Shown: positions 27,731 to 39,730 of the stretch, one piece after another | Layout: each line of letters begins with the position of its first letter | Numbering within the stretch: position 1 is the first letter of the stretch | Origin: Phallusia mammillata | Lineage: Eukaryota | Length of the DNA stretch: 64,000 bases | Assembly (NCBI GenBank): GCA_965637545.1 | Contig: OZ281499.1 | Location: forward strand, 25,482,001 to 25,546,000 | Direction: 5' to 3' | Position numbers and translations under genes: made by a program | Notes under the pieces: model-generated | Seen by the model: the letters and a program-made list of their open reading frames with translations, nothing else | Told to the model about the DNA's origin: nothing | Database searches by the model: none

Positions 27731-30700
27731 ATGAATTTAAATCTGTTATTTTCATTCATTGCATTCTGGAGTATTTTACCCAATGGATTATGTGAAGAAG
27801 TGCCACATTCTCAAAAGGTAGGAACAAAATCAAAATACATTGTTATAGTTTATTTCTTTTCACTAGGTTACCGAATGTTACTGTTTAGTGAAATTAGAAA
27901 TGTACCTAATTTGAGCCAAACATATAATTTTGAAAATGCTCTTCATGTTAGGGAAAAATCAGGTTTTGGAAATAAGAAGTTGTACAGAATGATCTCAACT
28001 GGTACGAAGTACATGATAACGTAACTAAAAAATAATTGTTCAGAACCCTGGCACATCCGAGAGACCAAACTTTGTGATCTTGTTTGCTGACGATATTGGA
28101 TGGGGAGATTTTGGTGCAAACTGGAATCCTAACAAAGATGTCACTCCTAATCTCAACAAAATGGCTGAAGAGGGATTAAGGTTTCAATTTTTATCTATGC
28201 TATAGATACATATCCCAAGGGATCAACTTTTGGCTAAATATAAGGACAATGGGAAACAGGACATGTTTTTTTCTCATAGGAAATCATTTTGAAAAGAAAA
28301 TATTTACATTTTTGCCACAAAGTCAAATAGTTTGGCACCAACAAGTTTGCAAACACAAGGCAGTTGTGCCAAATTCTCGGCCATTTTGGTGACTGTAACA
28401 CAATACTGTTATGCAGACTAACAGACTTCCATGCTGGATCATCAGTTTGCACTCCATCTAGAGCAGCTTTGCTCACTGGTAGACTCGGTCTTCGTACTGG
28501 GGTGATTGAAAACTTTGTGCAAGATTCCATGGGTGGACTTCCTGTCAATGAAACCACTATTGCTGAAGTTTTGAAAGAAAGCGGATACTATACTGGAATG
28601 ATAGGTAGGTTTCCATGTAAAGCAAAGACAATTCTGAATGTTTCATCCTGTAGCCTGCAGAAACAAATCAAGGTTACAAAAACGTTGGCTAATATGGGAC
28701 CCAATGTAAAAAAAGCATAGGGAATATATTACCATTTTAAAATAGGTTGTAGTGTATGAGCAATAGCAAAATGTGCTAAACCACCATTTTAGTTTTTCTT
28801 GTTGTTTCTACAAATCTATTTTTTTATTATGATAATAACTAGGTAAATGGCATTTGGGAATGAGCCACGATTTCCACCCCAGCTCAAGAGGTTTTGACTA
28901 CTATTATGGACTTCCATATAGTAATGACATGGGTTGTGTGGATGTACCTGCTTATAACAGGCCAGAATGCAAACAATGTCCAACACAGATTTTAAATGAT
29001 GAAAGTTCTGATTTTGAAGGAGGACCTGTAGGTATGTAAAAATATTTATCAAAAGTTTTTATCCATGTATTATCTGCAGCACAGTTGCCTTTTTGCTTTA
29101 TCATTTTATTGTTTAGCGTTTTATTGTTTTTTTTTATGATGAACACTGTACTTTCATTTACCACATTTGCATGGCCTATCTGTCATAATTTAATCGTTTG
29201 TGGACTGTAACCCATACTGTTATGTTTTTACCAAGTTTTTCTCCAGTTATATCAGGGCTTCTTACACTTTTTATCTAAAAGCTCACCTTTCTAAGATTTT
29301 TAGTTGTTGTACTGTTTAGATTAGAAATGTGTCACAAGCTAGCCCTTAACTGTGTATACTTATTTCCCTGTAGAATGTCCAAGTTATTACACAGCCCTTC
29401 CACTTTACAAGGATTATGAGATTGTGCAACAACCTGCAGATCTCACAGCATTGGGAGATTACTATGCTGAGAAGGCTGATAGTTTTATAGATGCTGCATC
29501 AAAGTCAGGAAAACCTTTTCTACTTTACCTTGCATTTGCTCACCCCCATGTCCCACTGGCATTTGCTGACAGGTTAGTTAGATTAGCAGAACAATGCAAT
29601 GTAACAATAATGTTCTGACTGGAGGGTGTTTTTGTTGAAAACACATTTAAATGTGAACACAGGTTTAAATCATAGCATGCCAGGCCCCATAAAGGGGTCA
29701 TACCAAATCAAGGCGGTTTCCCAAGCATTCCCACATGGAGTAGACTAGAAAAATCTAGCCTGTGGTGGAATTCAAACCTACGGCTAGAGTCTATATGGGA
29801 CTTGCGCTCTACCAACTTAGCTACACAGGCTCAGTGGTAAAGCCGCCGAAAGTTGAATCACAAGCACTGTTGCCTGCCTTGTATGCACATGTCAGCTTCT
29901 AGTAGGGGATCGCCACTTCGACCATCGATTATTTTGTTGTTTAAATTTGTCTGTTTTTACATCCTCTTGTGGCATGTTTTTAGTTCTAACACACCTAAAC
30001 ATTAGTGGGTCTTCGAAAAATGTGAAATAAATAAACACTTTGTAGTTCATTTAAATATTTGTGTACATAGCGGTCGTAGACTTTAAGAAACACTTTTTGA
30101 ATGTCCCTTTCAATTCCAGATTCAAGAATTCCACTGATGTAAACACGGTTTATGCTGACACCTTGTTCGAAATGGACGACATTATTGGTCGAGTTATTAA
30201 TTCATTAAAACAAAGTGGAGTTTATGAAAATACATTGACATGGTTTACTGGAGATAATGGTCCTTGGGAAAGCAAATGTCCATACAGGTACTGAGCAAGA
30301 TGAGTGATAAATACATTAGTTTCACAATTATTAACCCGACTGTCTATTATATATTATCTGTCTGCTATTAAGGTGCTACAAGGTTTTGAAAAAGTGTGGC
30401 TAAAAGATGGCAAGGAGTCTAAAGTTAACAGAAAAGTTACTTAATATAACATGATTCTTAAATTTGTTTTCACTATTATATCAATGTTGTGCATCGAAAG
30501 TGCGTTTATCGGTGCACTTTAGGGCAAACTGTTTGTGAACTACTGGATTATGATGTAATAAAAAGCAACTGCAAAGCTTTGTACCAGGTATATGCCACAG
30601 TTTCAATCTCCAACTCATTGACAAAAACAATTAATAACTTACAATCTTAAAAAAGATTTGTGTCCAAAATGCAACAATTAAGTAAACAAAGTTTTTGATC

Positions 30701-32595
30701 TGTTTCAGACAAGCTAAAGGGATCTTTAAGACACAAATTCAATAGATTGCCCGATTAAGGAATCACTGTATCACAATTGCAAACTGTTTTTATAGTTTTT
30801 AAAACTGTTAACTTTGTAATATTATTGACAGTGGAAGTGTTGGTCCTTACCTCGGCAGCTGGCTTCCTCAAACTTACAGAGGAGGATCCACAATGAAGAC
30901 TTCGACATGGGAAGGTGGACATCGAGAACCAACAGTGATTGTTTGGCCGAACAAGATCCAACCAAACACAGTTAGTGATGCACTGACATCAACATTGGAT
31001 ATATTTCCCACTCTCATATCTGCTGCTGGTGCTAAACTACCTGATATGAGGAAATTTGATGGAATCGATTTGAATGATTTTCTGGAGGGAAAAACTACAG
31101 AAGCTCACACAGTAAGTTATCTTTTTTGAAAGTGTTTGGATAAAATGTAATTTATTCAGTGCTATAAAATTTGGAACACCACTAAAATAAATGTCATTTA
31201 TTGATTCAAGCCAGTCAGTTGCTTCAAAAAGCCCATTTTCCCATCTTTTACAAAACTGTTAAGTTACTGGTTGACTTGAATTGAAATACTCTGGAGTTAA
31301 GTTTCTAGAGTTTAGGTGGTAGACTAGTCAATTCTTGTTTGTACACCAATAAACCCAAATTGAGCATATATTTTTAGACCCATACTCTTTTAAACTAAAG
31401 AATCCTCGTGAATTTTTATGAACAGTTTAGGAATACTTGAAAATTAATTGCAAAGATGTGGTGACCCTATTTTTTTACACATTTTTTTTCAAAACTGGAA
31501 ATGTAAAAGCAATAAACCTCTGGTACTCAGTTACCAAAAGGCTTTGTGAGCTGTTGTAATTGATTTTCCAGCAAAAGCAATAAGCAACACAAAGGTTAAA
31601 AAGCAGAGTTTTTGACCTTTAATTGTAGCCATGTTAGTTAACTTGTTTTATTACCCAGGAGCTCTTCCACCCAAACAGTGGGGATACACCTATCAATGGT
31701 GAGATTGACACAGTTCGAATGGGACCCTATAAAGTGTTTTGGAAAACAGGGGGGATACAACCTGATTGTGATCGTAGACTTGCACGTGTTGTTAAACATG
31801 ATCCACCTCTAGTATTTGATGTTGTGAATGACCCAGCTGAAAGCACACCTCTCACCAGTGAGAATACACATAACTTAGATGAGGTAAAATCATTTTATTG
31901 AATGAAACTTACTTCAAGTAAGCAGCACACAGTGCACACTATTTCAACGTATAAGGTCCCATCAGTGCAGCTGGTGACAAGATATTGGCAATATTGCCTG
32001 GTGTAGCCACCCAACGACACTGTTTGCAGCTACTCATCATGCCCGTGCTTAAAATATAATAAAAATACTTTGTTTTTAATAATTGAATAATAGCTTTTTT
32101 CACTTCATTAATTCTGTGTTGTGTTATAAGCGAAATTGTTGTCGTTCAACATTTTGTAGATGCATATGTTTTGTATTTAATCATCTATAATGGATTGTCA
32201 TGGGTTACTTTTTTATAATGGCTATGGTGAGAACAAATCTAGAAGAATACTATTGTTTGCTCTTTTACAACTATTTTAGGTCTGTGGCTGCTGTGCCATT
32301 TTGCTTTGTCATGTAGCAGTGCTTAAATACTGGTTTTTGTATTCAGTATCACACCTTCAACGGACAAGTTGTTGTTTCTGGCATTTACAATGTTGACACT
32401 AAAGATGCATTTTTACGATTTCAGATAATAGCATCAGCCACAACCCTTCGATCTGATTTACTTGCTGATATTGCGAGTGACAACACAACAGTTGCTGATT
32501 ACTCCCAGTCCTCTGATGTGTTGCCTTGCTGTGATCCAACACAGTTCTACTGCAGATGCAACAAGCAAAAACTTATGTTTATACCAGAAAAATAA
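27731..32595 (+). CDS. ARSG: Arylsulfatase G-like, copy 3 (547 aa)
   Basis: Exons 27731-27817, 28044-28180, 28417-28604, 28843-29031, 29374-29572, 30120-30287, 30832-31111, 31659-31883, 32425-32595. [11 protein letters not shown] intact; frame open. Confidence 0.92.
29667..29886. mobile_element. Palindromic tRNA-SINE-like family A, second composite copy
   Basis: Same order as 47653-47880: left arm, CTAGAAAAATCTAG, reverse tRNA-like unit (29758-29830), then GGCTCAGTGGTAAAGCCGCCGAAAGTTGAATCACAAGC. Confidence 0.7.
31921..32047 (-). mobile_element. Hammerhead-ribozyme repeat family, single-arm degenerate copy in ARSG copy 3 intron 8
   Basis: Minus strand 31972-31921: AGCTGCA CTGATGG GACC TTATA CGTT GAAA TAGTGTGCACT GTG TGCTGCT. 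The internal GGCAATATTGCCTGGTGTAGCCACC segment is also present in the 61021 element. Confidence 0.7.
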
Positions 32596-33306
32596 ATAGT
32601 TCTGCAGATTAAAAAAGAGAAAATGTTTTGTAATTGGGTTTTTCTGTCATTTGTGAAAAGGTGCTTTGTTAATTCAAGTTCAGATCTACAATGAAACATG
32701 CCTATGCAATATCTTTATATTTGTTTTACTGAACATTTTTAAGTCTGCCAATTTCTTTTCAACTAATAGTTTTTAATTGTTGGTTTTAGTTTAACTATGC
32801 AATTTCAATGACTACTTTGGGTGTTTACATTATTGTACCTTTATATTAAATATTGTTTTAAAATTTAGTGTTTTCTGATTGTTTCAATTTGTGCAATACT
32901 ACCTATATTAATTTCACTGTGGTTGCATATTATATTTTACGCTTATCTTCTTATTTGTATTAGGTATATGATAAAACTGTCCTGTTTGACCAAGTGCAAA
33001 CCTATTTTTGTTTGTGTATTTTAATAATATTGAGCATATGGCATCACAACTATATGAAAACAACCTTTAGGTGGCTAAAAACCACCCATAATTGTGCTAT
33101 ATTGTCACATTTGTTGAATACCTAGTGTTAAAAATGGTGCATACTTGATTCATTTTTTTGCAATATAATTTACAATATGCACTTAAATATTTTTTTTTAT
33201 TTTATGCAAAGATTATTGGTTTACTTGAATTCTGTTTTGAATAATCACTGTTTTGTGCAATTGCAGGTTTTACATTTCGGTTAATTAGAAAATTTGTGTG
33301 TCTAAA

Positions 33307-36300
33307 ATGAATTTAAACTTATTTTCATTTTTGGCATTCTGGTGTATTTGCACAAATGGATTATGTGAAAAAGTCTTTCAGTTCGAAAAGGTAAGAACAG
33401 GACTAGGTTTAATATCTGAAAAGTGAAAATGTTTTCAATTTCGTATTCATTTTGTAATATTATTTTGATAGAAATATAACTTTCACTAACAAATACTGGT
33501 GGGTTGTGTAAAAATCAAAATGCAAGCATAAAAAACATTTTGTCATGTTGTTTAATTTGTGCAACTCTAAAAATGAGCGTATTTATGTTTTCCACATACT
33601 TTGGGCTGTTATGTTTGTTTCTTCTGTCACACTTTATTGTGATCACAAATGTTTTTTTGTGAGTTGTGGATTACTAAACACATAAGTTTTATATAAAACT
33701 GGACAATAAAGTTAAATTTGTTTGATATCAGAACCCTGGCACATCTGAGCGACCAAACTTTGTGATCTTGTTTGCTGACGATATTGGATGGGGAGATTTT
33801 GGTGCAAACTGGAATCCTAACAAAGATGTCACTCCCAACCTCAACAATATGGCTGAAGAGGGATTAAGGTAAGTAAATGTTGGCACAACAATATTACAAA
33901 TAAAGGATGAAGCTTTTAAGGAACAAAGTCTGTTTTTTTTTAATTTTAGAAAGGTTTTTAAAACAAGTATCATTGCAAGACAAATGACATTTTATTCAAA
34001 GCGCCTAATTTAGCGGTGCTATGTCAAAAATTATGTATTCAGTGAGTGTTAAACAAAGGCAGTGTTGCCCAACTGTTAAGACTTAAAGCCTATTTTTACA
34101 TCAGTCATAACTATTTACAGACTAACTAAAATTGTGAACTATTTGAATACTACATGTAGTTGAAAACTATTTTCGCCCTAAATTTTTTGGCAGACTCACA
34201 GTAAAAGCACCATGTTTAATACAAGATTGCAACCACCATGTAAACTGATTTGCATACTTTTCAACTTGTGTTTGTGTTGCATTACCAAACCTTTACTAGC
34301 AAGCAACAACACTTGTTTTTCAGACTGACAGACTTTCACGCTGGAGCATCAGTTTGCACTCCATCAAGAGCAGCTCTTCTCACTGGGAGGTTGGGTCTTC
34401 GAACTGGAGTTGTGCAGAACTTTAATCAAAAGTCTGTCGCTGGACTTCCACTAAATGAAACCACTGTTGCTAAAGTTTTGAAAGATAATGGTTATTACAC
34501 TGGAATGATAGGTACTGTTTTTGCTGTACTTGGCATTAATAGTATATAATTTAAAAGAATGTTGCACAATATAATACCTTTTAAGTCATAGATTTTTAAT
34601 TATCTTACTTTTTTTGGACATACTTCCTTGAAAGATTTTTTTTTTGCTCTCACAGGACATATGATATGTTACACTTCTACCATCACTGTTTTAAATTTTT
34701 TTTATTGTTGGTGGTTTATAGGAATATAAGTATAAATGATTGTGATATATTGTTGGAAAAATAAAGCACTTTTTACTCAGGTAAATGGCATCTTGGTATG
34801 ACTCAAAAATACCATCCTCGATCAAGAGGTTTCGACTACTACTATGGACTTCCATATAGTAATGACATGGGTTGTGTGGATGTTCCTACTTATAACAGAC
34901 CTGAATGTCTTGAATGTCCCACAAAGAAATCTTTATTCGAGGAAATATTTTATGGAGACCAGACAGCAGTTCGTAAGTATACCTGCTAAACTGATTCGAA
35001 AAGTGTAAGTTAGCACTGTGGTTGACAAACATCAAGGCAAATTGGTTACACCATTAGTCAGATTTCTTTGTATTGTAAAACAGTGGGACATGTTAGTTAT
35101 TAATACTGATTGCAGATGATTTAAACAATTTTCTATTTGCTAGTTACTTTGTAAGTCTGTTTATATTTTAGGTTTTTGTATTTTCGTAATTGTTAAACAC
35201 AACGTTAACATTTTTCTCCCCACCTCCAGCTTGTGGCGGTTACTTCTCTGCTTTGCCACTTTACGAAGATTATGGGATTATTGAGCAACCTGCCAACCTC
35301 ACCGAACTCGGAGATCATTACGCTGAAAAAGCTCAAAATTTTATTGACGCTGCTTCAAAATCGGGGAAACCTTTTCTACTTTACATAGGATTTGCTCATA
35401 TGCACGTCCCACTTACCCATGCTGCAAGGTAGTGTGCGTTTTGTTGGTTTCAAAAAACTTCTTCCAGCAAAAATTTAAATTACCAAACTATTTCCATAAA
35501 AATGTAAAAATTCTGTAGTACTTCCAGTTGGGCCAGCACAGCTAAGCAAGAGCCTTTAGCTCAAAAGTACAATTAAAAGAAAGGGTTGATGACTTCTACC
35601 TTGTCCAATCTAAAAAGAGCATTTTTGTTGATTAGTTTGTTTGTTTCTGTGCAATTTACAGGTGGCTAAACAAGTAATAAACAATATTTTACTTTATTTC
35701 ATATGTATGTGCATACAAGACAAATTAAATTACAGGGTCAAAGTGTAGTGTCTGTTATCTATAGGCTTTGTTTCTTTTTTCAATTTTTCTGACAAACTAA
35801 AACATGTAGTTTGGACACTAATTATTGAATAATAGCTTTTTACTGTTTAATTCTGACATTAAACTTTTCACATCAGTTTTTAACAAATTCTTCCACATTA
35901 CAGATTTACGAACTCCACTGATGTAGACACAATTTATGCCGACACTTTACATGAACTTGATGATGTTATCGGTCGAGTTATTAAATCATTGAAACAGAGT
36001 GGAGTATATGACAACACTCTGACTTGGTTCACTGGAGACAATGGTCCATGGGTGATGAAATGCCCCTTCAGGTAACTACAAATAATACAAACATTTCCAG
36101 TGTACTCGGCCACCTTAGGATTGTATTTTTGGTTTGTAAATAAGTTGCATTTATAAGGAATGTGTCCAACAAATGTTCTTAGACTAAGAATAGTTTGTTT
36201 GCATTGCTTCTTAATTGGATATATCAATTGGCAACAGAGAGGAAAGACAATTTCTTGAAATACACATTGTTTCATGTACACAGCGGAAGCCAGGGTCCTT

Positions 36301-38148
36301 TTCTTGGGACTTGGCTTAAAGATAAATATGGAGGTGGCTCTACAGCAAAGACCACTACATGGGAGGCAGGACATCGAGAACCGACAGTGATTGTTTGGCC
36401 GAACAAGATCCAACCAAACACAGTTAGTGATGCACTGACTTCAACATTGGATATATTTCCCACTCTCATATCTGCTGCTGGTGCTAAAATGTCTGCTTAT
36501 CGACATTATGATGGAATTGATTTGAATGATTTCTTACAAGGGAACACTCAAGATGCACACAAGGTACATACCAGACCCAATTGCATTTATTTATGTTGAC
36601 AGCGTTTTTGAAGATTTTAGATAAGTTGATTCTGCACTACATGGAGACACACCTAATATTTTTGTGTAGTTGTTGTGACATGTAAACATAATTTCATAAC
36701 AGAGCTTATTTAAGGTCTTTCAACAAGAAAATGGCAAGTATGGCTAAAAACATGCACAGAAACTCTACCAGTCTTGATTATAAAGCAATGGTTTTCAAGC
36801 TGTGTTCAAAGAAAGTCAAGTTGCGTATGTTCAAAGCAGGCTGTTTCATTGTGTAATTGAGGTTTCAAGGAAACTTAAAGAATGTCGGAGGGCTCTGCAT
36901 GTTGGAGAGGTTATGGACCCAATTAAAGAAATATATTTTTGTATTTCACTAGAATCTGTTCCACCCAAACAGTGGAGACACGCCACCTTTCGGTGAAATT
37001 GACACAGTTCGAATGGGACAATATAAAGTATTTTGGAAAACAGGCGGAACACAGCCTGATTGCAACTACAAATTTGCCCCAGTAGTAGAACACGATCCAC
37101 CGATTGTGTTTGATGTTGTGAATGACCCAGCTGAAAGCATACAACTGACCAGTGAAACAACACCTAAATTGAACCAGGTACTACCATTTTAGTTTTGTAA
37201 TTTGCCCACAAACAGTTAAGTGTATGCTGTGTTTTATAACCAGTCATGTGAATATTCAATAAGTGTATGATAACTTAGTGAATCATGTAAATTCTCAGTA
37301 AGTCATGTGAGCACTTTATAAATCATGTGAATACTCAGTAAGTCATGTGAGCACCTATTAAATCATGTGAATGCTCAGCAAAACATATGAACTCTTAGTA
37401 AATCATGTTAATACTCAGGGAGTCATATGAGCACTTTATAAATCATGTGAATACTCAGTAAGTCATGTGAGCACCTATTAAATCATGTGAATGCTCATCA
37501 AATCATATGAACACTTAGAAAATCATGTGAACACTCAGTAAGTCATGTGAGCACATAGTAGATCCTGTGATTGCTCGGCAAATCATATGAACACTTGGTA
37601 AATCATGTGAATTCTCAGTAAGTCATGTGAGCACTCAATACATGCTGTGATTGCTCTGCAAATCATATTAAAACTCAGTAAATCATGTGATTGCTCTGCA
37701 AATCATATTAACACTCAGTAAATCATGTGAATGCTCATCAAATCATATTAACACTTAGTAAATCATGTGAATGCTCTGCAAATCATATTAACACTCAGTA
37801 AATCATGTGAATGCTCAGCAAATCATATTAACACTTAGTAAATCATGTGAATGCTCAGAAAATCATATGAACACTTAGTGAATCCTGTAAACACCCCATA
37901 AAGGTCTATTAGGCTTAACTTTCAACCTTCCTGATGTAAGTAAATTAACCCTTGACTTCAATGTTTTGCCATTTCAGATAATAGCATCAGCCACAACCCT
38001 TCGATCTGATTTACTTGCTGATATTGCGAGTGACAACACAACAGTTGCTGATTACTCCCAATCCTCTGATGTTTTGCCTTGTTGTGATCCAACACAGTTC
38101 TACTGCAGATGCAAGAAAGATAAATTGAGATTTACACCTCGAAACTAA
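33307..38148 (+). CDS. ARSG: Arylsulfatase G-like, copy 4 (547 aa)
   Basis: Exons 33307-33390, 33732-33868, 34324-34511, 34781-34972, 35230-35428, 35904-36071, 36284-36563, 36953-37177, 37978-38148. [11 protein letters not shown] intact. Confidence 0.92.
37241..37900. repeat. 20-bp minisatellite (~33 units) with 40- and 120-bp higher-order structure
   Basis: Unit consensus ~AATCATGTGAATACTCAGTA. Lines 37321-37380 and 37441-37500 are near-identical (120-nt period). The right half alternates two unit types. Confidence 0.95.
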
Positions 38149-38951
38149 ACAAATAGGCTAATGTAGGAAGGTCGATAAAATTATGATATGTTCTTGTCAA
38201 TTTATTTTTCACATACTTATTCCCTCACCTTGAAATCATGTCTGAAACATCAATCCACACATTCTTGTGTAGAAATATTTGTCAAATATTGCTGCGTTTT
38301 CCTAAACAAACTCCTCATATGCTTGAAGCGGACTCAGTTCTGTCTGAATCTGACGCAAACAATTTTCTGTGATCTATCAATATCTCAAAAATTACAGAAA
38401 TTTCCACTGTGAATTACAAAATTTTCTGAATGTATTGGATACAAAAGAATCACACCATGTTATTAGTTCCAAAAAGCTTTTTTTCTTTTCTAATTGTGTC
38501 ATAAAAACTATGCAAATTATAATGATTACTTTTGTCTTTTGCGTCATACTTTGTCACTCATAGAGCATAATAATATGAAGCATTACCATGTTGGTAATAA
38601 GAAGGATTACCATTTTTTCGAGCAGTTACCATTTTTATGCAATATGGCATTAGAGTTACATCAAATTTGGCAACTAGCTGTGTTCATGTGTATTTTATAT
38701 TCCATATCTTGGCCATATGGTCAATTATGAAGATTCTTAAAAAACAGACTCTCATCATTTTTTCACTTTCAATATGTATGCATTGAAATTGTTTTGTTTT
38801 TTTGTCTGTGCTTTCATATCACACATTATATGGAAGGGAATATGATTATTTCACATAAATACAGGATACTTAAAGTTGAACCTGTCAAATAAGTCACAGC
38901 TTTTGGCAAAATCTCAATACTTGTGTACGCTATGCACAGTTTTAAAAAATC

Positions 38952-39060
38952 TGAGCAAAAAAATCAGAGCCAATATTTGTGTATACAGCATAACTATGTT
39001 TTGACAAGTGCTCGTCAGGTTGTCAGACCACACAAACACTGGCTCTGATTTTTTTGCTCA
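38952..39060. repeat. Inverted repeat / MITE-like hairpin between convergent 3' ends
   Basis: TGAGCAAAAAAATCAGAGCCA (38952-38972) is the exact reverse complement of TGGCTCTGATTTTTTTGCTCA (39040-39060), with further imperfect pairing inside. Confidence 0.75.
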
Positions 39061-39730
39061 CGATACTAGTGATTCCGCAGCTTTTAGTAGAATCCCTAAT
39101 TCCAGTGCTTTGTAGCAACTAAGTGGACTTCGTAAAGCTTAACATGTGCAACATGATTATGTCATCACTACAGCTCTACGAACAAAATCATTTTTTATTT
39201 TTTACGCAAGCTGAAGTAGACTATGATCCTTTACACATGACATAAACACATGTACAGCAAAACACTTCATACAGCTTCAAACTCCTCATAAAAATAATAA
39301 TTAAAACAAGAGTCTTTCATTACTTACAAAACTAAACTGTGTGTAAAGATATATACACAGCACACATGCAACATACAGCACCTTGTCGCATAACTTTTGA
39401 AGAATAAAATGATTGTACTTTCTAATAAATCTTTACTTTATTTAACAACCATTTGATTATGGTTGCCTTATGACTGTTCTATGTGGTGAAAATGTGTTAA
39501 GGAATTGTTTCTGAAGTGTCACATTCTGTGCAGGATGTTTAAAACTTTAATTCAATGCTAAAAACATTTTAACTTGATTTTTGTAAATTTACAGAAAGCG
39601 CAGTTTTAGTAACTAATAATTAAATATTTGAAAAATGCGTTAACCAATGTGCCAAGGCTTCAAATTTAATCTTTCTAATGACTGCGATACCAAAAAAACA
39701 GTTGTATTGAATGAAATGGTCTGTTTTCTA

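Noticed and set aside
37241-37900. CRISPR array
   Set aside because: Eukaryotic intron; the units are contiguous degenerate 20-mers with no unique spacers and no cas genes.
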